Shown piece after piece: positions 45,782 to 58,800 of a DNA stretch of 64,000 bases; the first letter of the stretch is position 1, and every line of letters begins with the position of its first letter. This DNA comes from Amoebophrya sp. A120 (taxonomy: Eukaryota; Protista; Dinoflagellata). The notes under the pieces are model-generated. The model was not told the origin of the DNA, did not search any database, and was given only the letters and a program-made list of their open reading frames with translations. A program made the position numbers and the translations under genes. The stretch is from assembly GCA_905178155.1 (NCBI GenBank), contig CAJINV010000006.1:4754921-4818920 (forward strand), written 5' to 3'.

Positions 45782-47575
45782 TCACCCTCTCACAGACCTC
45801 CCCCCTCGACCCCCCGTCGGCGACTTCGGTGCAGCCGGTGAAGTTTTGTTCGAGGTAGTTGATGACCCTGCGCCCCGCGTGGATCTGCGGTCATTCCCGG
45901 GGGAAGACGGCGAAGAAGGCTCCACCTCCGGCGCGGCTGTAGTCGTTTCCTCCGTAACTGATTTGTTCCGCACGATGATGACGTGATCGGAGAACAACTT
46001 CGTAAGCTTCGTCACCAAGCCGACCAAAACCACTTTGCACAAAATCCCGATGATAAACTTCCAGACCACAATATCACAGAAAAAAAGTGTTACAGTTACT
46101 TACACACTTGTTGGAGTTTCTGCATCACAAAGTTGCTCGACATGGCAAAGAAAACCTGTGATGCGCAGACTATAAGGGAAAACACGAATGATATGAGGCT
46201 GGCAAGCATTTCCTGCATGACAGAGGTTGTCTGTCTTGCTTGTCTTCGAGCAGAGTGTGTAACTGTGACACTTTTTTCTCAGGATACACAAAATACCCGA
46301 CGCACGCCATCCCGACTGGCGTGAAGACTGCTGAGTACGGGCTTGTATTGTTTGCAAAAGCATCACAGTCGTCATCTCATGGTTGCAGGAACACTGCATG
46401 ACAGATCAAGATCTAGTGAGTCATGAGTAACCTGAACCAGCATCACAAGCTGAGTTTTTGCCTGTGGTTCAAGTTATGCGTTATTCAATTCAATTTGTCA
46501 TGCACAAGCACATGTACCAGCACCTATAGACTCGTGCTGCAATGCTTTTGCAATGCGTAATTTGTAGTGCAGTATACCGCAACTTGGTTGTAGTACCCCG
46601 AAAAAACTGCTATTGCCGCATCAACCGCAGTTTTTTGTTCTCGTCCCAACTCTGTCAAGTGCAAAAATGTTCGGGCCTGGATAAGTGCAGGTGTTTGTCA
46701 TGCGATTTGTACGTGTTGGCCCGGAAGGTCTCGTTTGGCTTGCAATTGCAAGCGGCAGCATCACAAGTTTTGCGGTTGTTTCAATCTCGATGTCGATTCT
46801 CACTGCCCAATCCGCATGACAAATCTCTTCTTTGGACAACTTTTTCTTATCACGCATCACAATTTTTTCTTTTATATTTATCTGAGCAATCGATCTATAA
46901 TAAACGGGCATGACAAGATTACATCTTATTTGCCTTACTGACCCACACCCAGACATATTTGCCATGCATAAACTCCGCCAACGCGACACAAACCTTCACC
47001 TCAAAACCTCTTGCCGACTCCGTTTTCACTCGTTATGGGATTCTCAGTTGTTACATTCTCAACTGCTGTTCGATGAATTTGACATGCAAAATTCCCATAC
47101 GTCCAAGTCGCCAGAAGATTATGGTGATTTGCATGACACATTCTCGAAGGGCTAAACAGCATCCAAGTCTGTTGCGAATTTGTGATGCGAGACTCGCAAC
47201 AAGCTTGCCCCTTTCCATATTGCTCTTCTTGCATCACAGATTCGTGGTGTAAGAGTTGAGAATGTGACGTTTGAGAGCGCCATACTGGTGCTGCGCATCG
47301 TCTGAAGTAGAAGTCGGCAAAGTAGTAGATCAGACCTATTCTGTGCAAAAGTATCGCACAACTCGTAGTAATCGCAGTCAAGCATTACAAATCTCCTTCT
47401 CAACCTAAATCCGCATTACAAATTCCATTCTTCATGCTGAGGGATTTTGTCATGCGATTTCTACTAGTACGGTACTTTTGCAGTCCATAAGGCCGAAAAG
47501 TAGTCCATTCAGAACCAGCGATAGCGCTATGGCCACCTGCCGGACGGCGCTGAAAAGCCGCACTGTGGACACCAT
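45782..47575 (-). CDS. Hypothetical membrane protein, 205 aa, 6 exons, 2 hydrophobic segments
   Basis: Exons 47575-47490, 47331-47285, 47028-46971, 46647-46560, 46340-46287, 46066-45782 total 618 nt, open from ATG to TGA. Confidence 0.8.
46072..46286. mobile_element. Introner, singleton
   Basis: TIR aaaaaagtgt(t/c)acagtta; perfect repeat CACAA. Confidence 0.9.
46346..46559. mobile_element. Introner, decayed
   Basis: TATtgtttgcAAAAgcat...atgcTTTTgcaatgcGTA; repeats GCTTG/ATTTG. Confidence 0.78.
46653..46970. mobile_element. Introner, family C (left end TGT)
   Basis: Perfect repeat AACTC. Confidence 0.88.
47034..47284. mobile_element. Introner, family D
   Basis: TATgg..ttctca...acattctcaac TIR; repeats CTCGT/CTGGT. 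Confidence 0.86.
47337..47489. mobile_element. Introner, family A (reverse orientation)
   Basis: Repeats AGACC/AGGCC. Confidence 0.88.
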
Positions 47576-48568
47576 GGGTAGTTGAAGTTCAAGTTTTGCG
47601 GAAAATCAAATATAGGCTAGCATATGCTTATCCTGCTATTCGTTTGCGCACGCGCCAATCATTCAAATCTAGAAATTTGGCACTTTTGCTGCGCCCACGT
47701 TATACTCCAATCAGGCAGATCTATGCTAGAAATTCAGACCTCTTGCGGTACTTTCAAGCTGCAATACTTCTACTTCATTTGTGGAGTATTATCTTCCCTC
47801 CCACTCTGGACAAAATGCACTCGGTGAAGCACCACATACTCACGACTCCGCCTTCTCTCGGCGCACAGAGAGCATGAAAACGAAAATGAGCGTATAGATA
47901 CGTAAGCAATTTTCAATAAATATGACCACAAAATAGCACTATCGATCGGAACGTTCTGTGCCCCATCTGGCTCTAGTGAGAGCTTAACTAGAAATGCTCC
48001 CACCTCCCACTCATGCCGCCGGAGCACAAAGTCACAAAATGAACACCAATCATGGCGCAAATTCGCACTCGCCACTCCAGATGCATGCGATTGCGTCCTC
48101 CGGCGGGACGGAACGAAGCAGGCGGCAGTTAACGGCTCCGCGGGCCGGGGCAACAGCGTCACGAAACAACAAAAAGCGGATCTGGACGCAGCTCGCTACA
48201 CCGTTCCAGGCGAGGTCCGGCGGCCCCAAGGGGGACGCAGACTAGCGAGGCACTGGCCAGAAACGAAAGGCCCGCCCGGGAGGTGCTATACTTCCATGGC
48301 GGCCAGGGGGGGGGGCGCTATACTTCCAAATAACTTGATCCAGGGGAAGTAGCGCCGCAAATTACAACCACGCGGGCCGTCCCGAATAGCGCGCGCGGAG
48401 CCTAGGCCGGGCGTCGGAGCCGGCCTGCTTTTTTCTGGGCACGAGAGCACAATCTTGGCGACGTAGCCCACCATCGCTTCTGGAAAGCCTGCGCCGTGCC
48501 GAAGCGAAAGGCCAGGGCCCGCGCAGCGCCCCCTGAATCCCCGACTTCGTAAAAATCGCCGTCCCGAG

Positions 48569-48738
48569 TATGCGTTGCAACAACATCGCGCTCTTACCTT
48601 AGGAATGGTAGTCATGCATGACAGATCTATCTTTTCTTTGCGCGCCAACCTCCAGCATTACAAATTCCATTTTCCATTTTTCATGCTGGTCAAATTTGGG
48701 ATGCGATTTCAAACGCGGCGATGCTTTTGCAGTCGATA
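48569..48738. mobile_element. Family A element inside a GC-rich, apparently non-coding segment
   Basis: Repeats CCGAG/CCGAA. Confidence 0.8.
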
Positions 48739-49882
48739 CCGAAGACCGCCACGCGGCTCACCCCGCGCGCCGCGTAGAGCTTTTTGTTCCCGAACACCGC
48801 GCGGGCTCCGGATTTTTTTGCCGCAGTACTGTATGCAGCAGAAATAAAGCTGTGTACGCGTAATGCCGTTCTCATGTTATGCGTGGAGCAACACCCTGTT
48901 CTTTCCACCTGTAGCTGTAACATGGTGAGGCAGCTTCTAGCTGTATTTGTTTCATGGGTGATTTGGTGTTCTTTTTCAGTTTCATGGATACGAAAGGCCT
49001 ATACAAATAGTTGAGAAATTACGCGCGGGCCAGCTTTTCTGTCGGATATGTGGTCCTCCACAGACAGGGCCGCGTCCGCCACAGACAGTGCAACACCCCG
49101 ACATCGTTCAACACGTGGCCGAGCAACGTGCTGCAAGACGGCGCGCTCCCGGGCAGGCGGTGGCCGCCCGGTCGGCTAGCGTTGTGCGTTGTTGAGCGTA
49201 CAACCCCGCAACAGCAGCTCGAAGCTTATCTGAGTGGAAGGCTCCTAAGACTTCACTCCTCATCGTGTAATGCTAATGCAGCGTGTGTGTGTCTATTTCG
49301 AATATACGAATATGTATATGAGAAGTGGCCACTTTGTCAGTATCTCGGGAACCACAGGCAGTGCCAAATACATTTCAATTTCTCTCAATGACGATTTACG
49401 CTTACACTCCTTTCACGGATTCCTGACGCTCCTTTCTCGTTCTCGATTTTATCAAGCACATCATTGGTGAGCATGCATACTCTTACGCAAAGCAAAGCAA
49501 GAAACGAACGGAATATATCTTACGAAGCCCCTTCTGCTCGTCTAGATTGAAGTTGAACATGTTGTGCATGAAGCAAAGACCGAAGATGACGAACACGATT
49601 CTGCTGTCGTCGAAAGACAAAGAAGAAGAACAATCAGCCTAAAAAAATAAGACTCATTGGAATCCAGTTTCCGCTGACTTTAGTCCTCTCACGTTAATAT
49701 TTTCATTACAGAGTGCTTCTTGTCTCGCAGCGACAGCAATACATACTTATTCGCTCTCGCATTTTCACCGTAGAGCCACCCGACTGCTGTGTCGTCACGA
49801 TCGCTGTGAGCAATTCAGAGAAAGTCTGTGACCGCGGTGCGTAGCTCAGAAAATTGTAATGAGATTTTCCATCACGACGTTC

Positions 49883-52800
49883 TCAACTCTTCACAACATT
49901 TTTCCGCCCCACCGCCACTGCACCGACCTTTTGTCGCATGTCCTTCTTTCTCGATTCCGCCAAATTTTCGACCGCTGATTCCGGGATTTTCAAGTCTTGC
50001 GTCAAAAATTCGTAGCAATCCACGTCGTAAAAACCCTGTAGGAGGATCTCAAAGGGAACCGTCGGCGCGTCTTTTGCCATGATCACTTGCCCGCTCGTGG
50101 ACTTCAGCACGTGCTGTTTCAAATGCGCCAGCACCTTGTCGAGATCCAGGTAATATGCATTGCAAATGTGTCTGGCTCTGGCACCTAGCATGCTAGTTTG
50201 TGTGAAAAGGAGGCACACTTCAAGATGACGCAGCCACGCATGACAAGTTTCTGGGCTCCTGGCTGTGTGTTTGTTCCCTTTCCGCATGACAAACTGTATT
50301 TTTGCATGACAGCCATAACTATTTTTTCCTGGTACGCATTACAAATTCAACCCTTTGCTCGCTTCTTATGGCGCGCGCATTACAAACTTAAGAGTCAGAT
50401 GAGGCAAGCATAACAAACTCAGATTCTTCTAGACCCAAACATATTTTTTGCATCCGATAGGTAATACTTCGACAGGCCCTGGATGAGGGTGCAATTGTGG
50501 TTCATCCGCTTCTCCGTGCGGACCTGAATCTTCGGGAGCTTTCCGTTTTTGTAGGCGATTTGAAGTTGGTCCCTCGCCGAGGTTTGCACTGGATATGGGA
50601 ATGAAAAGATTTTTCGAAAAGGCTACATCAACAAGGTAGCACTACTTCCACACGAGTTTGTATTGATGTGCAACTCACATGTAAGACTACCGCTACTCAG
50701 CTTATGATTACTTACTCGTGACGAAAAGGGTGCACTACGACTCTTGATTTTTCAGTACAGTGTAAGAGACATCAAAACTAGTAAATTCTGCCATGAGCAA
50801 TCCTTTCCAAACTCTTTCTCATTCCATATCAGCGGCATCGTCACAATGCGGTGGTGCTTCTCCCCGGAAACGCAGTTCTCCCAGAGTAATCGCGAGAAGG
50901 ATTCGAACGTCAGTGAAGAGACATCCGTATGCATCGCAAATAGGTCTCGGCCTGGAAGAGTCCGAGTTTGTCATGCTAAATCTTGTCGACACAAAAATCT
51001 GTATTGCGTGACCAGGAAAAGTCATATACTTTTGGTTTCCGGAAGGTGGCATTTCTCATCCGGATTCGGCATTGCGAAGCATTCTGGAAACTTGTGATGC
51101 TAGACGCGACATTCCAGACCTTTTGGGTCATGCAAAAGCTGCATGACAGAGCTTGCATCTTCCAGACCCAGACACATTTGCAGTTGATAAACTGGCGCGG
51201 GCGGCTGTCCTCGGGGGCTAGTAGATTCTCGTTTCTGCGGCTCAAATTTTTGTTTCCCTGGAAGCGCGGCTGGCCCTCGTCCTTTCATGGCTTTCTGATC
51301 GCCCCCTGCTTCGAGTGTCGGAAATGCGTCCAAATCCTCCTCGTCAAAGACGAAATCCTGTTGCGCCACAAGCTTAGCTGCGTTTGATTGAAGATAATTG
51401 CCCGAGGTGGACCCACCACCGACGTTGCTGCTTGTCGCACCGCTTTGCTTCTTAGTATTGCTCGCAGCCATGTAGCCGGAGACGGAGTCTCGTAATCGTG
51501 GCACTATGCACTGCAAAAGCATCGCACTAGTATAAATTGCATTACAAATTTTGGCAAGAAGAGAAGTAGAATTTGTATATGCTGTTTCACCTTAGGAAAA
51601 AGATTTCTCATGCATATCTGCAATTATTACGAGTACGATACTTTTGCACAGGATAGGCACCGTGCTCAGGTTCAGCATTTTCTTGCTCGTGGAGAGGTTC
51701 TTTTGTTCGCAAAACCGCTTTATCAAATGTAAAAATGTCTGGGTCTGGAAGAGTTCATGTTTGTCATGCTTTTCTGACATGACTCTTTAAATCTGTCACG
51801 CACGTTACCCAAGAGCTCCGCTTTTCTGTGATGCAGAAGCGCAGTTTGTCATGCAAAATAGGCAACACCTAGGAGCTCAGAAACTTATCATGCTGAGCCA
51901 GCATCTGTAGCCTCATCATGAGATGACGCCATCCAGCATCACAAGTTTCCAGACCCAGACATTTTTACTTTTGATACGCTTCAAGATTTGCTGGAAGTCC
52001 GACTTTTGCTTCACATAGTGGCTTGTGTTGCTGGAGGTGCTCGGGGTAGTCGTGTTTTTCAAAATGAGATCCTCTTCTTCCCGCCCGCAGGCGGTTGCAA
52101 TTTCGGCAATGACGAACTCGCCAACACTGCTCGGAACACGAAACACCTCTTCGTACTGAATGAATTGACACACCCCGAGTTTGCTATTCGTGACGGCGAG
52201 ACTGGCAAACAGTTGGCCGGGTGACAGGTTTCTCAGGTTTGTAGGTGCGGTAGAAGACGATGAGTTCGACGCTCCAGGGAATAAAGCACCACCTGGCACT
52301 TCGTCCGACGAAAGCTTTTCGTGCAACGCGTGATCCTTCACCGCAGGGTGCTTGAAGTTGAACTTCAGTATGGCGTTCTCAAGCGTTACATTCTCAACTG
52401 TAGTTACATGGATTTGCAATGCAAGAACAGCAATAGTAAAAGTGGCAATATTGCAGCTTTCGCATCACAGATTTGCCACATTTTATCATGCTGTTTAGCC
52501 ATTCGAAAATTTGTCATGCTACGGACCTTGATCAAGTGGAGGCTGGTGGCAACTTTGCATGGCAAATCCGTGTAACAGTTGAGAATGTAACAATTGAGAA
52601 TGCCATACTCAGAGCCTTCGTCTTGTCCTTGTTAAAGCTGATCAGATTTTCGTACTCCGCATCTAATTTCTCAAAAAAAGGCTTGAGTTTTTTCCCGGAG
52701 CTCTTTTTCACGTCAACGCTTGTGTTGTTCGGGCGGTTTGGGCGGAGGAAGTTGGCGTAGAAGGTGTTCTATCAAATGCAAATATGTCGTCTGGGTCTGG

Positions 52801-54545
52801 AAAGTGTCATGCGCGTTTTGCTTTTGTATGACCCATGATGTCTGTGATGCATGCCCCAGCATCACAGATAGATTTTCTGACTGTCTCTTGATGCCTATCC
52901 AGCATGACACATGCTTTCTCCGCACTGCAAAAACGCGGAATACTCTTGCTATTGAGGCAATACAGATTTTTTTGGATTCCAAAACTAGCATTACAGATTC
53001 CATTCTTCCAGACGCAGACACATTTGCATTTGATATGTTCAGGTCGATGGGAAGTTGTTTTTCTATCTGCGGCTGCTGAAGTTTTAAGGCCTGAAGGAAG
53101 GACTTGGTCAGCAGCTGATCCATTTCTGGTGCTGAAACTGGTGCTTCATCACTGTCTTTTTCTCCGCCATAGTCGTTTATGTTCTCGTTCCCAGCTTTAT
53201 TTTCACCCCTCGGCGTGTTGGAGTTGCTGCGTGAAGCACCACTCTTACTCGTGCCGGAAGTTAGCACGACTTGGTCGTTTTGCAACTGCGGAGCAGCTGC
53301 TGTCTTCAATTTGTTTTTCTTGCTACCCGGGGTTGTTCCTGATTGCTTTGCCTGCATTTCCAGCCGCCGTTGCTCCCGCTTGGACAGTTGTGGTTGGTCT
53401 TCAGTGGCACTGTCACTGCAGCTGTCGACCTGTCGATCTCCAGCGCCGCCGTCCGCGTCGTGATCGGTCGGTCCGCCTACGGTAGACGCTTTGTTTTTAC
53501 CGTCTTCATCATCATCGTCTTCTTCAGGCTGGCTTCCTGCGGCTCTTCCCGGAGAAGAGACAACAGGAGATGTTCGTGCGTTCTCCTTACTAGGAGCACT
53601 ATCGACTTTTTGATCGTCCACTCCATCCTCGCCATCAGTCTTTCGTCCCGCCACCTTGCTAAAAATCGCATCTACTCGATCGTTCGAAAATCCGGGCGGG
53701 GAGAGCCAATTCTTCGGAAATTTTTGCCACAAACAGTCGCCAAACCGGTGCAGGATCTTGACTGCAGTCCCCGCCTTCAAGGCATCGAAATCCAAGTGAG
53801 TGTTGTTCCCGGCTGCACCTGCTCCCGGAGAAGAAATGCCTTTCTTTAAAACTTCCAGCTGCCAGACCCCAACTGCAATTGCGAACGGGTTACCCTCGAC
53901 TTTAATCTCCACCAAGCTGCCTTTTTTGACCGCCCCGGCTGACAGGAGTTGTTTCTGGTTTTCAAAAGTTGTCTCCGGGTAGAAACACAGCTGCGGCTTG
54001 TTCACGCACAGGCCTGGGGCGAAGACGTCCGAACCCTTGAGGATAAAATGCGACACATCGTCTAGAATGAATATGGTAGGAAGAAATGCGTCTGCGGGTA
54101 CTTGCAATTGATCAGCGCCCACCGGTGGCGCGCGAAGATTCGCAGTACTGAATTTTCTCCATTCAGCATGCGCTGGCGATTCCACGTGTCTCCACAGTGT
54201 GAAAAGCGTAGGAAAGAAAAAGTTGTTAAAACCCAGTTTCGGTTTGTAATTCAACTCGACATTGACGCCTTTCGCGTCCAGTGGCACGATGTACAAGTAC
54301 TCCTGTTCGTTCTGGTCGTTACATGTTGTCAAAAACCCGAAATTCGAGCTGCCTGGAAGCTGATCCGGTGCCGCAATGTTCTGCGTTTTTAAAATCAGTT
54401 GCGTTTTCTTGTTTTTGATGGAGGCTGTATCAGCCGGGTAGTGCTGCTTCAGGAAATCAGCGATTTGTTTCGTTTCCTTGCCCCCGTAAATCTTCTCCTT
54501 GGTCGCACCATCGATGCTGGCAGCTTTTTTGAAGAGGTTCGACAT
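49883..54545 (-). CDS. EIF2D: Eukaryotic translation initiation factor 2D (ligatin): PUA, SWIB-like and SUI1 domains
   Basis: PUA region ILKGSDVFAPG...NPFAIAVG...VKILHRFGDCLW; MDQLLTKSFLQALK...LPIDLNTFYANFLRPNRP...VDVKKSSGKKL after splicing; SUI1-like KIQVRTEKRMNHNCTLIQGL...EILLQG. Six introners resolved; one intron near 50615-50775 unresolved. Confidence 0.85.
50154..50459. mobile_element. Introner, family C
   Basis: Perfect repeat GGTAA. Confidence 0.92.
50928..51189. mobile_element. Introner, family C
   Basis: Repeats ATCCG/AACTG; frame restored. Confidence 0.82.
51505..51655. mobile_element. Introner, family A
   Basis: Perfect repeat GGCAC. Confidence 0.92.
51721..51976. mobile_element. 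Introner, family C
   Basis: Perfect repeat CGCTT. Confidence 0.92.
52369..52607. mobile_element. Introner, family D
   Basis: Repeats TTCAG/CTCAG. Confidence 0.88.
52770..53035. mobile_element. Introner, family C
   Basis: Perfect repeat TGTTC; restores DLNTFYANFL. Confidence 0.93.
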
Positions 54546-55880
54546 GATTTGATTTTATCGTCGGTGGAGTGCGGGGCAGTTGGAGTTGCAATTGGATTTT
54601 TTTTACATGACAAGATTTAGATTACTTCTATACTGCTGTGTAAAATCTTCAAAATAGCCTTTTGAGTAGATCACAATCAGTTTCAGATTACTATTATACC
54701 GAAAAAAACAATAATTTTCTGAATAAATCATGAAACATACTGGCGATCATAGCCTACGAACTAAAAAGCTACCAGGAGCATCATGCTCGTATATTGAGCA
54801 GTTTGAAACAGAACTCGAAAAATACAAACGCTGTTTTTCATGTGAACAACAAAACAGTCACGAGATGAAACATCTCGATGATGGGAAGGCCCACCCGCTG
54901 CTGGAGGCACCATGACCTTCAGGCGCCCGCCACCAGGACTAGCTGTATATCAAAAAGAGCTCGGATCCTTCGTTCAAAAATAAGGCTGTTTTCGATTTTC
55001 TGCGTTTTTTTTCCGTACAGCAACAACCCTTGCCTTCAATTATTTCCTCAAACTGGAAGAAGTAGAAACATTGTTCATCTGTAAAGTTTCATTTAGTTGA
55101 GTCGAAGTTGTCGGAGCATTTCATTATCGGAGGAGACTTGAAAATCGAGGCTAAGTTCAAACAAGGGAGTAAATAGCATCATACTGAAACTGTAGCTTGT
55201 TCCGTCTTTTTCTATATGCACCTGCAGGCGCGTTCTTGTAGCAAAATCTGTATTCTTTGTTTTCTTCTTTCTATCTTACAGGTTGAATTTCAACATTTGT
55301 TTCTAGTAGTAGTTCTGATGTGTCAAAGGAGCAAAATTTCAAATATTACTCTTTTATTTCAAATTCAAAATGGAAAAAATTCTGCTGTGCACCATTATTG
55401 CTTCAACCACGGCCCCAGTTACAACTTACACCTCGTCAACAGAAGTTCAACATCCTTTTTTTCAGAAGAGAATGCCTCCACCTAGCTGTTGTTCCTCACA
55501 CTGTAGAAAGCATCGTCTGGTGGGTTGAGTTCCGTCCTGTTGTTGGTTTTGCGATTCGCTCGTTCTAGGCCGGGAAGATGAGTGGGCGGGAACTTATTCT
55601 GTGTTATGCAGCAACAAAAAAATACACGTTGATCACAACGATGTCATTCTCATTTTTGAGTTCTCATGCTCGGTATCAAAATGCCTTGACCACTTTCTCA
55701 TTCTTGCTCAAATTATGTGGCCTTGCTGACGTCGATTAGGCTCGCAGGTCGAGCTGCGCAGGGCAGAGAAGTCAGAATCTCCCGATTACAGAAGATCCCC
55801 ATGATGTCTACACGCGAAAAGCTAAAGCAGCAGATGCAGAATCAACACGTTATGTCATAAAAATTATGTCGTTGCAGCTA

Positions 55881-58800
55881 TCAAGTATCTTTTGTTTCAC
55901 CCTCCATACTGTCGTTGTATCGCTCTTCGAGTGAAGCTGCTCTATCAAATGTAAAAGTGTCTGGGTCTGGAAGAATGCAAGTTTGTCATGCTTGTCTCGC
56001 GTGACTCTGGAATCTGTCATGCGTGAGCAGGTGGTACCTATGAGAGCACCCTACTTTCGATCTCCAGGCCTTTCATGCCGTGATGGTCTTGCGGCCCTGT
56101 TCTTGATCTTGTTGGGACCCCGTGCGGCGGAAGGTTGCCCAGCACCACAGACTTTGCGCCCTCGCTATTTAGTAAGCTTTTCTACATATTATGTCGTCGC
56201 ACTTCGTACGCGGAACTTCGTATGCAAGTGGTCACATGATGACGCGTTTTTTGTTGGTCGTCGACTGTACTCTTTTTTCGTTGACGCTAGCAAGATGTAA
56301 GAACTCGCCCTCACGTCTGACTTGCAACATTTTTTTAGTATTTTTACTCGTCGAAATTCGTAAAATAAAACTTCGTATGCAGCTGATACATGATGATAAG
56401 TTTGCTGCCTTATGCTGTGCTCCTTTTCTTTGGCGCTAGCAAGGCAATAAGATTTCAATCTCATGTCTGATCGGTAAGATGCTCTTCATCTTTTAAGTAT
56501 TTTTAAGTGCGACAACATGATATTTGTAAGCTTATCGGCCGTCGTGCCACCGGGACGTCCTGCCCGTAGACCACCAATGTCATGCGTGAGCAGGAGAGTA
56601 GCCTCTCACCTGTCATGCAACAACGCAGTTTGTCATGCGGGAAGCGAAACACATAGGAGCTCAGAAACTTGTCATGCGTGGCTGCGTAACGCAGTGCGCT
56701 TACCATGCACAAACTAGCATCACAAGTTTCCAGACCCAGACATTTTTGCATTTCATATGCTCCCTCCCAGAACCATTCGGTCTTCAATTCGCCGTGTTCG
56801 TAAAACGCGAAGCAGATGCGGTACACTTCCCGTACGGTTATCCTGTGTCACAACATCCCCGGCCCATAGATAGTAGTCACGAGTATAAGTTTTGGTCGTC
56901 GAGCATGACACATTTGGGCTTGCGGTCTGGGGCCGTCGAATCAAAATCGACGTGTGCTTTATCCTGATTCGGGTTCCAGCATGACAAACTCTCAAATATT
57001 GATAGTCGAAAGTCAAATTCAGAACGTTCCTCATGGGGCTGGGCATCAGAAGCATTTTATCCTTGCGGATTTGCATGGCAAAACTGGGCTGGGGCAGTTT
57101 TCACACAGGATACCGTTGCACTCGGCCTCCCCCGGCGGTGTGAAGATGTACTCGGTGTACGCAAACCCTTCTGGAGCACCCCGTCGCCAGGTCCCGAAAA
57201 ACTGGTACCACAGGCCTTCCTCGTCCGGGAGCCAGACATAACTCCCCCACCCGTTCCGAGTCTATGAGAGACAAAAACCGCACAGCTGCCATTGATTTGA
57301 AACTGCAAACAAAAATCCCTTGTTTTCGCTTCATTCTTCGGAAAGCATGCAGCATGACCGTAAAAGTATCTTCACAAGGCTGAGAATGCAAGACTTCGTG
57401 CTTGGAGGAGTATAAGTCTGCATTGCGTTTTTGATTGTGCGGGAAGTGCTGTCAGCACACAACTACCTATTTTTGTAATGCACAAGAATAAATGGCGACC
57501 CAGTTTTGTGTACCATATCACCCCATCTTTGAACTCCCCTTGGAAGTAGTCACCCCTTTCGTCCGTAGAGCTTTATGATTGCAAAAACATCTTTTCAAGA
57601 ACGCATAGCGCATAGCACATTCTGAATAGATCACTGGCGTTGCTCGTCTCCTCGTCTAGATATCAACTACATTACCGTGGTGGAAGCCGAAGGACGAAAG
57701 CAAAAGTAGTCGTAATTGCGTATTTATGCTCAGTCATATGGTCATGCGTAGTGGGCAGCCTTCTGACGTCGTTTTGCAATTTCATAAAGTGCCGTAACCA
57801 TGTGGAATCGGTTTCTCCAAATCGTCAAACAGATTTTTCTTGGCCGACCCCTGTATTAGTATTTGTGTGTGTTGATTCAGGTTATTTAATATTTTTATGT
57901 TTTTTTATTTTCGCATGACAAAGACAATCATCATCATGATCCTGGACCACGGGAAGATAAAATCAAAAGCATTCGTACAGTGTAGTGATAGCCCTCAACA
58001 GGGTCGTAAAAAGACGCCGAGATATGGCCTGGCCAGGTGGAACAGCATCTTCAGCTGGAGAAGTATTGGATGACCACTTGTGATATTGATGAATACGCCG
58101 TGTGGTCCATCCTAGTTCGCTCAGCATGACAAACATCTATACACTCAGCATGACAATCCATCGGAAGCGAGAACCGCACTGGAATCCGACGTGTCGTTCA
58201 TACGAAGCTGCAGGATGTGGACTTACAACAGCTATACTTAGTGCCAGGTGTAACTTTTGTTATTATTACAAATTTAGGAATAAAAAAAACCGTGTTGCTC
58301 CACCAGTTGCGACTGTTCTATCTGAGCAGGCCATATTGGAACACTGGTTCGCGTTCGTCCACTCCGCTGGCCCTTTGCTCTCCGCCGGAACAAACCGGGT
58401 CCTCGGATTTGGCGCCTGGTCTGTTGGTGCTGCGGCCGGTGGTGTTCGTGATTCGATTTGTCAAAGGAGGAAAGGATTCCGGAGACGGTGGTGCCAAAAT
58501 ATGGTCTATGGCGTTCTCAAACGTTAATACATTCTCAGCTGCTACATGAATTTGTCATGCAAAAACACCTTAAGCCGGTAGATGATCGAGCTGCTTCGCA
58601 TGACAAATTTCGGAAGGGCGAGACAGTGTCAAAATCTGCGCCAAACTTGTAATGCAAAAGGCGCAATCTTGCTTCTTTCACTTTTGCCAGTCATGCATTA
58701 CAAATTCATGTAACCGTTGAGAATGTACTTAACATTTGAGAACTCCATATGGTCACGGTAATAGTTCTGCAGGAGTTGCTGGTCCAATGGCGAAGACGCG

